Source of the DNA: Lama guanicoe
Taxonomy: Eukaryota
Direction: 5' to 3'
Length of the DNA stretch: 64,000 nt
Assembly: GCA_013239625.1 (NCBI GenBank)
Contig: MU053513.1
Coordinates: 3,336,927 to 3,400,926 of the forward strand
The notes below the pieces were generated by a model. The model saw only the letters and a program-made list of their open reading frames with translations, made no database searches and was not told the DNA's origin. A program made the position numbers and the translations under genes. Below, one piece after another: positions 1-14,967 of the stretch. Positions within the stretch are counted from its first letter, which is position 1; every line of letters begins with the position of its first letter.

Positions 1-660
1 TGTAGAAATGTTAAAACACTACATCTTATTACTAATAATATGCATAGCAGATAGTAATCCTCACTGCATCTCTAATCCCTGTCTTAGCCATTGCTCCATA
101 TCTGAACCTCACTCAAGCTCTCAATCCATTCTTTATTTCATCCATGCCTTATTACTGGTAATATAGTACATATTTTAAAGACCTGAAAGTTAAATGGTTT
201 GTTTTTGTCAAAAGGTACCCACTGGGGGCAGAGAAAATAAAGATTAGTGTGAGTCAGACTTCACCAAACTGGTATATTGTGGAGGAGTTAACATGTATAT
301 AGGAAAAAACATCACCCTGGTCCAAAGGTTTGGCAACACTGGATTTAAAAAATTAAGCAAATTTCTTTACATCAGGACTTTTAAAACTTTAATAGGCAGA
401 TGTGCATTGAGAACAACCTGAAACAGGAGAAAGCACGGTACTTTGTAAATTTTTTTGATCAAAAATTCCTTTTGGACTTTCTTTCTTCATTTTCCCTTCT
501 TACCCACATCAAACTCCCAGAACTGTGGGAAGCATTGTGTTTGGTATTTCTCTAAAAAATTCTTCTAAGTCATTCTTAGATTAGTAAAGCTGTTAGGTAG
601 AGGGGTAGGAGTAAGAGAAGCAATATACAGAACATTCAGAAATTTGGCATGTAAAACTCA

Positions 661-1190
<530 letters not shown>

Positions 1191-2509
1191 AAAATATATT
1201 TTATAAGACAAAATACTCCAAAAAGGAAACAGATGAATCATCAAATAAAATTCCTCAAAAAAAAAACTTCCTATCAACTGTAAACTCACTACAGAGTTCT
1301 AAATTTATACTTTTAACATGATGACCATTAATGCTCTGAACATTACTTGAGAAAACTAACATCCTTATTCCTCAAAAATGGTTCCTCCAATAATATTCCT
1401 GCTTTTCTCAGTGGTACAACCATTCTTAGGCTAGAAATTTCAATTAGCACTAATGGCTACATTTCCTTTTTACATATCTACTCAATTATTCATTTTTATC
1501 AATTCCTCCTTCAATCTTTGCATTTCCTTCTTCTCTTAGACATTACTATCATCCTAAATAATGCTTTATTAACTTTTAATAGTTTAAAATATCTCTGCTT
1601 TCCATTGTTCCACTGAAATTCATTCAACATATCTTCTTGATCAATTGCACTCCACAGAGCAAAAACATCTCCATGCCTCTTCATTTTCCGTGGGAAAAAT
1701 CTCCAAATTGGCCTTCAAAGGCTAAATTCTGACCCCCAGTCTACTTTTCTAAACTTATCTTACTAGTTCTGTGAGGGAATGCCCTATTTCATCCTAACAA
1801 ATTTCTTCTCTCAACCCTTCGGGTTTCCTCATGTGTTTGTGCTTCAGTTTGCACCACTGCCAGAGGGTGGAATTCCTTTCTAGGCTATTCTATGTACTAA
1901 AAACATTCCCTCCTCTATGTCTCCACACCTAGTCACTCTCTGATCCCTTTAACCTGACTATTTTCTTTATATCTCTTAAATCCATGTGCAATTTACGATA
2001 TATGATTGGTATATTTTATATATCAATATGGATATACATATATATGTGTATGTGTTTGTTTCTTTATCATCTGTCTCCACTACTATAATGCAAGCTCCAT
2101 GAGGACAGGAACTGTGTCCTGTTCACTATGCATTCCCAGTACTCAAAATAGTGTCCATATTTACTAGGAGACAAATCAAGTCATTAAATGAATTACTGGA
2201 CTAGTTCGAATTCTATCTCTTCTAGACAAAAATGACATATCTCTCCCTCCACTGAAATCCTTTAGCACTGATATCCTGCATTTTTCATGTAATTGATATA
2301 CAACATTGCACAAAGGTAAACTAATCTCCTGGCCTTCATGTAACCCTATATTTAAGTTTTAAGAAATGCTATGTTTAAGTTTGGAGAAAAGAAGGGACAT
2401 ATTGTAACATTTTGAGATCTTTATTTTTTCAAAGACTCCTTAAATGATAATATGTGTTAAACTTATCTGTTTTGGTAACAAAAATAAATTTAAAATAGAA
2501 ATATATGTG

Positions 2510-3033
2510 TGTTACAATAGCCAAAACATGGAAACAGCCTAAATGTCCATCAGCAGGTGACTGGATAAAGAAGATGTGGTATATTTATACAATGGAATAC
2601 TACTCAGCCATAAAAACCGACAACATAACGCCATTTGCAGCAACATGGATGCTCCTAGAGAATGTCATTCTAAGTGAAGTAAGCCAGAAAGAGAAAGAAA
2701 AATACCATATGAGATCGCTCATATGTGGAATCTAAAGACACATGGACAGAGAATACAGACTTGTGGTTACCAGGGGGGTAGAGGGTGGGAAGGGATAGAC
2801 TGGGATTTCAAAATTGTAGAACAGATAAACAAGATTACACTGTATAGCACAGGGAAATATACACAAAATGTTATGATAAATCACAGAGAAAAAACTGTGA
2901 CAATGAGTGTGTATATGTCCATGAATGACTGAAAAATTGTGCTGAACACTGGAATTTGACACAACACTGTAAAATGATTATGAATCAATAAAAAATGTAA
3001 AAAAATAAATAAATAAATAAAAAACACAAAAAA
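2510..3033 (+). mobile_element. Relatively young, 5'-truncated LINE-1 (ORF2 C-terminus, 3' UTR, poly-A tail)
   Basis: Uninterrupted TIAKTWKQPKCPS...KMWYIYTMEYYSAIK...YHMRSLICGI*; G-rich UTR tract; AATAAA and A-rich tail. Confidence 0.93.
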
Positions 3034-3041
3034 TTTGCTCA

Positions 3042-3260
<219 letters not shown>

Positions 3261-4330
3261 TTATTTTAATGTACAATTTGAATAATAGTTAATGATAGCA
3301 AATAACATGTTTTCTTAAAAATCATTGTTGAAAATTATTTTGAAAATAATTAAGCAAAATATATATTTAAAATTAATTAGGACTGTGGCTGTGGCAATTT
3401 TAAACTACTCTGTCAGTCTTAACTACTCTCCTAAAATAACATGGGACCACCAAGAACAATCTCACAACTGCTAATAAACAGATCTCTCAAATTATACATA
3501 GTGTCTGTGAGTATAAAATACATCCCTGAATCACTGTTTTAAAAATTCTAGCTTCATGTTCATTGACTCAACAAACATTTACTTATACCATGTAGCAATA
3601 ATTGTGTTAGGTGCAGTGATTCAAAGAAGGATTAACATACAGTCCTTGCCCTCAGTTGGGGCAAGGGAGAATAAACGTATTATGAGACAGTATACGAACC
3701 TTACAACTGTCAGTATGGATCATTTAAATCAGAAGTCTAGTAATACCTATTTTTCTAATTTTTATTTTATTCTATCCTGTATTTTATTTGTAATTAATTC
3801 TATTTTAATATTAACCTCATTTCCTGGCTTCACACAAGGTGTAGAATCTTGAATCAATAAAGTAACTGTTTTTAAGTATTACAAGTCTTTTTGGCCAAGA
3901 ACCAAGGTGCCACTGCTAAAAACAATATTAAAATTAAACTGCATTTAGATCTTCTGCAGTATTCATAAAGACGATTTTTTGGTTACATTAGGTCCTTCAT
4001 GATTAAATAAAAGAGAATAATACATTCTTATACTTGCAAGTCTTTCCACAGAGAAAAGCTAAAAAAAGAAACATTAAAATTGCATATGATTTCAATTTTA
4101 ATGCTATCCAAATTAATTATATCCATTAATACAAATACTCAATGTGCTATTATCCTATTTATTGGTATTTATAAGATGTAATGTACAATTAGATTTTTGA
4201 TGAACAGTTTAAAGTTTCTGTTAAAACTCAAGGAATTGTTGTATAGAAAACAATTAAAGTCCTTAAAATCAGTTATGATCAGGAAGAATGGAATAATCTG
4301 CTATTTTATTAACAGCTGAATGACAGAGAC

Positions 4331-4395
4331 CTCTTATCTTCCAAGGAACCACAGTAAGCTCTTAATAAAGGTGTGTTACAGTTCTTCAGAGCAAT
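4331..4395 (-). CDS. MSH4: MSH4 exon 10
   Basis: IALKNCNTPLLRAYCGSLEDKR; TAATAG| ... GAG|GTCTCT; 65 nt, phase 2 end fits exon 11. Confidence 0.92.
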
Positions 4396-6528
4396 CTATT
4401 AAAGAATAAAATAAAGATAGTTAAGGATAATAAATTATGGCATTATTCAAATGTAGCACTTTGCATTTGTTTAATACTTTATAGTTTATCAAGTGATTTC
4501 TTGCTTCATCTTCTCCTTTATATACTCACAAAAGAAATTTCAGATATGTGAAGACAGAATATATCTGGCCCATTTTCAAGATAAAGAGCACATGGTTAAT
4601 AAGTGGCATCCACTGCTCTACTGTGACTTATTTTTCTTGTCTTCCAACTAACCATTAACACTAAACTATGTATTAGTAGTAGGTACTTAAACAGCTATCA
4701 TTGTGCATTCAGATTACTCTACACATAATCCCAAAATCTGGGTTAAATATACATTAAGTTTAAAGAATATCTTATATATTTGTAAACAGAGCAACTTCAA
4801 CACTCTTACACGGTAAAAGTAGGGATTTTATTTTGCTTAATGGAAACTATGAATGGGTACTATTTGAATAAACAGAAAAGAGGAGACAACATAGATAACC
4901 TGACATTTTACCTCCTATTTTAGTTTGCTATGAGGTAATGCTAACATTTTAGAAAAATAATATTTATATACCAATAAAAGCTAGAATTCTTAGAAGCATA
5001 AAGAAAAACATTTAAATCATTCATAATTCTACCACTCTTCCAAAGATAAATACTCTAAGTATTATGGTACATTTCCTTTTACTTTTTCAAATCAAAAATT
5101 TTATATTACTGCATGCTCCTTTTCTTTCCTACTTAATTCTACACGACAAGCATCAGGAAGTTCTCATAGTTAAAAAAAAAAATTAGTAAGTCATACTATT
5201 CCACCTGTGGGAAGCAAAGAGTATCTCCCCATAATTATTGGAGTTCTACACTACTTACACTAATAGAATATAAACAATGCTGAAACAACCATCACTGGAC
5301 ATAAATCTTGGTCAACACCTCTTAGCAGTTCTTCTGAACAGATTTCTAGAAATAGTATTACAGCATCAAAACATATATGTTGCAAAACATTCCTGTAAGG
5401 TATGTACAATTTGTACTCCTCCCAGCCATCTATGAAATTGTCTACCTCTTTTGTTCTCTCATTAGCAGTAAGTTGCATCCATTAAGGAAAAAAACTTTGC
5501 TTTTTTAACAGATGAAAACTATGGTTTTTAATTTGCAGATCTTTGACTAAGGATGAAGTTGAATATTTTTAGTACTATTTAATAACCACTGATTTTCTTT
5601 TTTTTTTTTAACATGTTCCATATTTCTACTGGCATTCCAGTATTTTCTTATGAATTACATGAGTTCTATGATGATAGAAATTAACAGTTTGTCTGTTATG
5701 TGTTATAATTTTTTCCGAATTTTCTTTGGCTTTTACTTTGCCTTCTACATACCAGAGTTTGAAATATGTGTTTCATCAAATCTACCAGTTTGGGGGAATA
5801 ATTTATTATACTTTTCTCATTCCAAGAAAGATGACAACACTTTTGAAATCTTGCCAGATTGTGTTCATTATATATATTTATTAGAATGGACTCTATAACA
5901 AAATTCTTCCACATTTTTCATTATTTTTTCTTTTAAAAAATCAGTTCTTTTTATCTTTTAATTGAAAAAAACTTCAACATTTTGAATCATGTAGTATTTA
6001 AAAATAGATGAAAAAAATCACCATTTTTAATCACCAGAGTTACTTCCGGTAAGAGTCATTATTAAATGCCAAATTCAATTGGTGAAAGTTTGATGAGGAA
6101 TAGTTACACAGTCTTAAGGTATCTCCCCACAGATTACATACATATAACTTTACAGTGAAGTAAATGATTAAAGTTAAGATCACAAGAAGGGAATAATGAC
6201 ATGTGCCTCCTGATGTTCTATACTGAGAAGGATACAACATTGCTTATTTGGTACTACTGCCAAACACGTATAAGCTGAATTTAATCATGGGAAAACAATC
6301 ACACAAATGGAGGAATATCCTATTAAAAAACTGACCCTTACTCTTCAAGATGTCAACATTATGAAAGAGAAAGAAAGGCTGAGAACTTTTCAGTTTAAAG
6401 AAGTATAAAAAAATTACATTAAATATAATGCATGGTCCTGAATTGGACCCTGCATCAGGAAAAAGAATTCCATAAAGAACATTATTAGGACAATTGGAAA
6501 AGTGTGAATATGAGCTATACGTAATATA

Positions 6529-6780
6529 CAGCTGGCCCTTGAGCAACATGGGTTTGAACTGCATGGGTTCACTTACAGGTGGGTTTTTTTCAGTAGTAAA
6601 TACTACAGTACTACACTATCTGTGGTTGGACGAATCCACAGATGCAGAACTGCAGATACGGAACAACTGTGGACATGGAGGAACTGGGTATATAAAGAGC
6701 CAACAGTATGTTATATATGGAATTTCTACTGCACGAAGTTGGGTTGCACCCCAACCCCTATGTTGTTCAAGAATCAACTG
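6529..6780. mobile_element. Tigger2-type (TcMar) MITE inserted in an old L1 fragment
   Basis: TA|CAGCTGGCCCTTGAGCAACA ... TGTTGTTCAAGAATCAACTG|TA: terminal inverted repeats and TA target duplication. Confidence 0.85.
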
Positions 6781-7048
6781 TAATAGTATTGTACCAATGT
6801 TAAAAATCCTGAATTTTAAAATTGTATTGTGGTAATACAAGAGAACACCTTTGTTCTTAGGAGATATGCACCTTAGTATTTAGGTACTGAAACTTATTCT
6901 CAAATGGTTCAGTAAGAGTAATAATAAGGACCATAGTATGTGTGTACGTGTAAAAAGAGAGAATATGGGAATTAATTATTCTATTTTTGCAACTTTCCCT
7001 AAGTTTGAAATTTTTTCAAAACAAAAAGTTTTTAAAAAACTGATGTTA

Positions 7049-7159
<111 letters not shown>

Positions 7160-7616
7160 CTATCAAGATAAAAATTCAAATGTGTACACCATAAACATTT
7201 AATACATGAATGGGTTTTCCTCTTGAACATTTCACACTTATCACAGTCTATTCACTTTTATTTATCAGTCTAAACAGGATAACAGCCTAGACAATGGTTA
7301 TAAATTCCTGTCCCATCAAGATAAGTCTGATGCACTAGTCTCCTGTAAGTCTGACAGTAAGAGTTCACTTCATGTATCCAACTTTCATTTCTATTTCAAC
7401 CCTGTGGGTACAGCTTAACCCATAGTAGCAACAGGAGATACAGTTCAATACTGAGCAGCACTAAGAGACTAAGATTAATTGAAAAAGACACAAAAGGTAT
7501 TTGTGAATGGATGGTATTTGAAAAACTGAATCCAATGAACAGTACATATATGTAAATTTTCAAATGGTTTTATCTCTCTTCCTAGAATAAACTTTGTTTA
7601 TCGCCCCCCCAAAAAA

Positions 7617-7700
7617 TAGGAAAGAAAGAAAGGAAGGAAGGAAGGAAGGGAAAGGGAAAGGGAGGGAGAGGGAAAGGAAAAGGAAAAGGAAAAGGAAAAC
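7617..7700 (+). repeat. Compound polypurine microsatellite (GAAA/GGAA/GGGAAA/GGAAAA)n
   Basis: About 80 nt of almost pure G/A with changing unit; source of the FPFPFP pseudo-ORF. Confidence 0.95.
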
Positions 7701-7817
7701 TGAATCCAAATTTCTCAGTTACAGAAAAAGATGAATTTTCCTCACTGGTTCTTGTTTGTACAAATAAAATAATTGTCCTAATTCCAGTGGTCCAAACAAA
7801 TAGTTTTTCAAAATAAA

Positions 7818-8710
7818 GCAAGTGTCAATAAAGTTAAAAAGACCCGTATCATACAACATGCGTTCTTTGACTACTGTGGAACTAAATTATAAATCAATAA
7901 CAGAAAGATATCTGGAAGGCTCCCAAATATTAGAAACTAAATAATACACTTGTAATTAACCCACAAATCAAAGAAGAAATCAAAAAGGAAATTAGAAAGC
8001 ATTTTTAATTTTTGAACAAAAAAGAAAGCACAACATATAAAAATTGTGAAGTATGGCTAAAGTATTGCTCAGAGGGAAATTTATAGAACTAAATACCTGT
8101 ATTAGAAAAGAAAAAAGTCTCAAATCAATGACCTCCACTTCTACCTTCACAACATCAAAAAAGAAGAGCAAACTAAGCACAGAGTAAGCAGAAGAAAGAA
8201 AATAAAACTAATAAAAGCAGAAATCAATGAAACAGAGAGCCGGGAAGAAAAGAAAGAAAAATCAGTAAGGTCAAAATCTGGGTTCTTGAAAAGACCAATA
8301 AAATTGACAAGCTCTAGCCAGACTGACTAACAGGAGGGAAAAAAAGAGAAAATATTCAAGTTACTAACATCAAGAATGTGAGAGGTATAGCACTAATAAT
8401 CTTAACAAATATAAAAAGGATAATAAGGAAGTTACTATGAATAATATCATGCCAATTGGGTGAAATGACAAAGTCTTTGAAAAATACAACCTACTAGAGC
8501 TCATTCAAGAAGAAATAAGTAACCTACATAGCATCATATCTATTTAAGAATTTATAATCAAAAACCTTCTTACAAAGAAAATTCCAAGTTTCAATGGCTT
8601 CATTTGTGAATTCTACCAAGCATTTAAGGAAGAAGTAATACCAGTTCTATACAAACTCTATGAGAAAACTAGAGAGTAAAGAATGTCTCTAACTTCATTT
8701 TATGAAAACA
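7818..8710 (+). mobile_element. Old LINE-1 ORF2 fragment (region after the endonuclease domain)
   Basis: Degenerate A-rich L1 ORF2 sequence, e.g. TCAAAGAAGAAATC, AAAATTGACAAGCTCTAGCCAGACTGA, GAATTCTACCAAGCATTTAAGGAAGAA. Confidence 0.8.
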
Positions 8711-9003
8711 ATTTTGTTTCGGACATCAGTTGTTCTAGGTTATCTCTCATTTGTATGTATTGAATTTTAAGGTGTTTCAATTATTTAAGGAAATTTCCAG
8801 TTCTGTGCCTGCCCAACAGCCAAAACTTTTCCATCTAATGTTTTTATTATAAGTGAACCTTAAGAGTGTTATCTCTACGATACAGAAAGGCTTCTTAAAC
8901 ATAGATAAGCCTTCAATGCATTTGCAAAATAGTCAAATTTTAAATCAAATTTTACTGATGTACAAAACTTCTTTCCTTTTTTAAGCACATGAGCAAAAAT
9001 ATA

Positions 9004-9242
9004 CAGGTGACCCTTGAACAACATAGATTTCAACACTGAGGGTCCACTCATACATGGATTTTTAAAAAATTTTTATACATGGATTTTATTCAATAAATAC
9101 AGTACTCCACAATCCACAGTTGGTTCATTCTGCAGACACACAACCATCGGGTGCAGAAAGCTGACTGTAAAGTTATACACGAGTTTTCTACTGGAAGGGA
9201 CAGGTGGGTGCCCCAACTCCTGCATTATTCAAGAGTCATCTG
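9004..9242. mobile_element. Second Tigger2-type MITE
   Basis: TA|CAGGTGACCCTTGAACAACA ... TTATTCAAGAGTCATCTG|TA; same family as 6529-6780. Confidence 0.85.
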
Positions 9243-9718
9243 TACATGTATTTCATTAAAATAAACATCTTTCAATTCACCTTAAATGAAAGAATGAAAA
9301 CCATCTATTATTTTCTTTATAGAATGTGCCTATAAGCACTAAGTATTTAAATTTGAAAAATATCCAAAGACTTTGTTTCATTTTTAAAGGTTAAGCATAT
9401 TTGAAAACTAATCAAACTTCACATAAAGATCACCTTTTAAGAACATCTATAATCTTTGCATCTAACATAATCTTCACCCAATTATTTATTAAGCAAATAT
9501 TATTACAATCTAAGTTTTTAAATTATATATAAAATCTTTAACTAAATATTTGATTAATGAAAATATGTCAATTCCTTAACTAAGAAACTTTCAATTTTAA
9601 GTTTATCATTTATGATAACACACTGGGGGAAAAAGTTTCTTTTAAAAAGGCATAAAAATACTCCAGATATTAAAAATGAAGTACTTTTCTGAAAGATTTT
9701 CATATTTTCCAACTGTTA

Positions 9719-9892
<174 letters not shown>

Positions 9893-10333
9893 TTATGTTA
9901 CAGTTTACAATATAGACTATATAAAATATTATCTTCAAATAATAAAACAGAACAGTTTTACCTGCAAATATTACTTGTTTAATCGTCTTTATCTATCTTA
10001 CATTTACCAGGAAAAAAATACTAAACTCTAGTGGGCTTTTCTTAATTTTGATTACTCCACCCTGTTGGAATCATCCAACAAAACATGCACTTAAGATACA
10101 GTAAGGGAAGTGCCATAACAAGATCCTATAGGCAACATGTAATAAAGACACCTATCACAACTCACTGTAGTCTCACAGAGTCAGAGAGGCTTCCAGCAGA
10201 AGGAACATTTAAAGTGGAATGGTAAATGATGAATGGCAGTTAGCTAAAGAGGAGCTTCGGAGAAGAGGTTGCAAGGAAGGAAGAAGAAAGATTCTAAACA
10301 AATACTGCAGAATGCAAAAGTCAGAATGTGGGA

Positions 10334-12300
10334 GGCACAAAAAGAGACACACAGATCAATGGAACAAAATACAGAAGTCAGAAAAACTCACACACATGGT
10401 CAATTAATCTACAACAAAGGAGGTAAGAATACACAATGGGGAAAAGATAGTCTCTTGAATAAGTGGGTGCTGAGAAAACTGGACAGCTACATGTAAAAGA
10501 ATGAAATTAGAACATTCTCTTACATCATATACAAAAATAACCCCAAAATGGATTAAAGACCTAAATGTAAGACCTGAAACCATAAAACTCCTAGAAGGGA
10601 GAATACTCTTTGACATAAATCGTCAATATTTTTTTGACTTTTGTCTTCTGAGACAAAGGAAATAAAAATAAAAATAAACATATGGGACCTAGTGAAACTT
10701 AAAGCTTTTGCACAATAAAGGAAACCATCAAAAAAAGAAAGGACAACCTATTGAATGGGAGAAAATATTTGCAAATGATATGGCTGATAAGAGGTTAATA
10801 TCTAAAACATATAAACAGCTCATACAACTCACTGTATGAGCAAAACAATCTAAAAAATGAGCAGAAGACATAAATAGACATTTTTCCAAAAAGACATACA
10901 GATGGCCAAAAAGCACATGAAAATATGCTCAACATCACTAATCATCAGAGAGATGCATATTAAAACCACAAAGAGATACCTTCACACCTGTCAGGATGGT
11001 TATCATCAAAAAAGTCACAAAATAACAAATACAGGCAAGGATATGGAGAAAAGTAAACTCTTGTACACTGTTGATGGGAATGTAAATTGATGCAGCTACT
11101 ATGGAAAACAGCATGAATGTTCATCAAAAAACTAAAACTAGAACTAGCATATGATCCAGAAATTCTACTCCTGGGTATATATATCCAGTGAAAACAAAAA
11201 CACTAATTCGAAAAGATACATGTACCCCAATGTTCACAGCAGCACTGTTTTTTTTAATTTTTAAAATTTTTTAATTAAAGTGTAGTTGATTTATGATGTT
11301 TCAGGTGTACAGCAAAGCAATTCAACTATTTATATATATATACAAATAATTATATAAACACACACATACATATATATACTTTCCGATTCTTTTCCACTAC
11401 AAGAAACTGAATACAGTTCCCTGTGCTATACAGTAGGTCCTTGCTGCTTATCCCCTCTCTTTTATCCCTTTTCCCTTTGGTAACCACAGTTCGTTTTCTA
11501 TGTTTGCGAGTCTATCTCCAGTTTGTAAACAAGTTCATTTGTATCATTTTTTAGATTCCACATAAAAGTGATATCACATGATAATTTGCCTTTCTCTGAC
11601 TTACTTTACAGAATATGATAATCTCTAGGCCCATCCCTGTTGCTGCAAATGGCATTATTTCATTCTTTTTTTATGGCTGTGTAGTACTCCATTGTGTGTA
11701 TGTGTATATAACATATATATTATATGCATATATAATGTTACATATACACATATACCACATCTACATCTACATATATATATATATAAAATATATTATATAC
11801 ACACACACACACACACACATAATACCACATCTTTATCCAGTCATTTGTCGATAGACATTTAGGTTACTTCCATGTCTTGGCTATTGTAAATAGTGCTGCT
11901 ATGAACATTGGGGTGCACGTGTCTTGTCAAATTATAGTTTTTCTGGATATATGCCCAGAAGTAGGATTTTTGGATCACATGGTAAGTCTATTTTTAGTGT
12001 TTTTAAGGAACCTCCATACTGTCCTCCATAGATATAGAGAACAAACTAATGGTTACTAATGGGGAAAGGGAGGAGTGGAGGGGAAAAATGGGGGTAGGGG
12101 ATTAAGAGGTACAAACTATTACATACAAAATAAAAAAAGTTACAAGGATATATTGCACTGCACAGGGAATATAGCTATTATTTTATAATAACTTTAAATA
12201 AAGTATAATCTATAAAAATTTTCAATCATTATGTTGTACACCTGAAACTAATATTGTAAATCAACTATAATTCAATGAAAATAAACTAAACTAAAAAAAT
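10334..12300 (+). mobile_element. LINE-1 3' portion (10334-11247 and 12031-12300) interrupted by an antisense L1
   Basis: L1 ORF2-like peptides ([46 protein letters not shown]); 3' UTR and A-rich tail at 12031-12300. Confidence 0.88.
11248..12030 (-). mobile_element. Nested antisense LINE-1 3' end with internal (TA)n/(CA)n expansions
   Basis: T-run, TTAAAGTGTAGTTGATTTA ... TTGGCTATTGTAAATAGTGCTGCTATGAACATTGGGGTGCA ... AGGAACCTCCATACTG. Confidence 0.88.
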
Positions 12301-12491
12301 TTTTAAAGCCAGAACATGAGAGAAGACATGTTCAAGTAACTAAAAGTTCAATGATACTAGAAGGCAGAATGGAAAGTGAGGAGTAACAAGACATTATTGT
12401 GGGAGACGGCAAAGAAAGAGCCATACAGAAGAGTCTGGATTTTATCCTAAAAATAATCAGAAGAGATTAAAGGATTTTATGCAAGTGGGTA

Positions 12492-12967
12492 TGTGGCAGC
12501 CCCCCAAAGATGTCCACATCCTAATCCCTGGAACCTGCAAACACGTTACCTGGTAAAAGGGACTTTGAAGATGGGATTAAATTAAGCATCTTGAAATGGA
12601 GAGATGATTCTGGATTGTTTGTTAGTCCCAAAGTAATCACAAAGGTCCTTATAAGAGGGAAGCAGGAGGATCAGCCAGAGAGAGAAGAAATAAGGACAAA
12701 AGCAGAGGTCAGGAAGCAGAGAGGAAACTATTCTGCTGCTTTGAAGACGAAGGAAGGGCCATGAGCCAAGGGATGCAGATGGCCTCTAGAAACTGGAAAA
12801 GGCAAGAAAACAGGTTCACCCCTAGAGGCTCTCGAAGAAACGTAGACCTGCTAACACACTGCTTTTAGCCCAGTAAAACTGACTTCTGACTTCCAGAATT
12901 GTAAGATAATAAATTCATGCTGTTGTAAGACACTACATTTGTTACATCAACAACAGGAAATTAATAA
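12492..12967 (+). mobile_element. MaLR solo LTR (MLT1C/D-like) inserted in L2 remnants
   Basis: TGTGGCAG..CCCCCAAAGATGTCCACATCCTAATCCCTGGAACCTG ... GAATTGTAAGATAATAAATT ... ACAGGAAATTAATA. Confidence 0.8.
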
Positions 12968-13917
12968 TTAAAGAGTAATATGCTCAGGTTTATATTTTCA
13001 AAAGACCACTCAGGCCACAATATAGAGAACAGACTCTAAAGAACAAGACTGGAGGAGAAAGGCTAAATAGGAAGCTGCTGCAGCACATCAGATAATGGAT
13101 ATTTGGTACCCTGGGCTGGAGCAGCAGCACTGATAACAGAAGCTAATATATGCAAGAGCTACACAGAAGAGATTTTGCAGAATCTGATGATTAAAGCCAG
13201 GGAAGTGAAGTATCAAGAATGACTTCCAGGTATCTGGTTTGGTAAAAAGCTTGGACGTAGAGCCATTCACTGAAATCAGAAGGGACTGATTTAGAAGGGA
13301 AGACGACACACTTTGGACACATTAAATTTGAGATACTGAGGAACATCTCTTAAGTGCTCAGTAGGCAGTGAGACATACGCGGCTGAAGGGCTGTAGAGAT
13401 ATCTGGGCATGAAATAAAAATTTGGAAGTTATGGATATATGAATGATAACTACAAAACCAGGAAGGTGGGTAAATCATATACTAAGACTATATAGGGTAA
13501 AAAGACAACTTAGGACATAATTTTGAAGAGCCATAGCATTTAGGGAATGAGCAAAGGAAAACAAGCCTAAAAAGAAGTCTTTCTCTCTCCCATCTGATCA
13601 ATACAGAGTTTTTGGAGGACATTCCAAGACAGTACACAGTCCTGTAGTCTATTTGGAAATCATAAAGATAACATTTCAAGGGAGATATCCTGTTGGTTTT
13701 GATTGGATAGACATATAAACTTTTAAAAGAAATGAGTGATAGAGCTTAAAAAAAAACCCCAAAGAAGTAGGAAGACAATCAGGAGCAAAGAATGGCAGTA
13801 ATTCAACAAGGAGATTTTTTCAGCAGTACCACAGAAGCTGGATTTCACGTAGGAGAACTAATACGTGTCCATTAAATTTACCAATTGGTAAATTTGACCA
13901 ACTGAGACTATGGGTGA

Positions 13918-14370
13918 GTGTTTTAGGCTGGGTTCTCCAGAAGCAGAACTCTGAGATGAGGATTCTTGTGCAAGTGATTTATTAAGAATATACTTCTAAG
14001 AGAAATCAGTAAAGAAGAAAAAGACAGGAAAGGGGAAAAAGCCAAGCAGAAGTATAATTTCAGGCGAAGTCCCATGGAAGGTAATTCCAACCAATCCTGT
14101 AGAAGACTTCTGGACTTTTAAGTTGCATTCATGATTTTTGCCAAATCAGTGTGAGGCAGCTGGACTCTGACACTCCCACATCATTCAGTCATTTAAGGGC
14201 CGTGAAGCACTTCTGGCACTCTGTGCTTGAGAGCAAAGTGCTCTAGGAGCCTGAGGGCAGGAAAGAGTCCAGGTGCAAGCCATTAGAAGCAAACGCTCAC
14301 AGAGCAGGGAAAGGCACACACAAAAAGGTAAAAGAGACTGAGGAAGATCTGGACAGAGAACCAACAACAT
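13918..14370 (-). mobile_element. Old MaLR LTR (MLT1J/K-like)
   Basis: TAGGCTGGGTTCTCCAGAAGCAGAACTCTGAGATGAGGATTC...GCAAGTGATTTATTAAG resembles an MLT1 3' end in reverse. Confidence 0.6.
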
Positions 14371-14967
14371 CTGCTAAGGTGACCTTGACAAAATCAATCT
14401 CACTGCAGTGGTGAGCACAGAAATAAGACTGCAGCAGACTGAGGTGTAGTGATGAAGAGAAGATAATGTATGCCAAGAATCTGCTTTTCACCAAGTTTGG
14501 CAACGAATGGGAGAAGAGAGATGAGGTGTTGCTGTGAACAACAAGGGTTACCAGTTATTAGTGACCTTTTTGTACCTTTCCCAAAGTCTCACTAAATACA
14601 CAGGAATATATGGAGAAAATTAATATACTCAACAGCATTGGAAATGCAGAGTTGTAGTCAATATAAGACCAAATACTTGAATAAATTATACTAATTTAAA
14701 GGTATTTAGAATTGGACTGAGGAAAATATTTAGGCTGTAAACGCCTTCTAGGTTTTCATGTACCACTTCGGTTTAGACTACCAAAACAACAGGTAGGGAG
14801 GTTGAGGGACTGGGGGTATGGAAGACAGAACAAGCCACTAGAAACCAGGAATTAGACTAGGACCAGTGCATATAAACTGTCTTTCCACCTACAGATTTAA
14901 GAAGAAAATTGCACTGCCATGCCAGTGAACAAATAGCCAGGTGCCAAGGGCAATTCTTTTATCTCAT

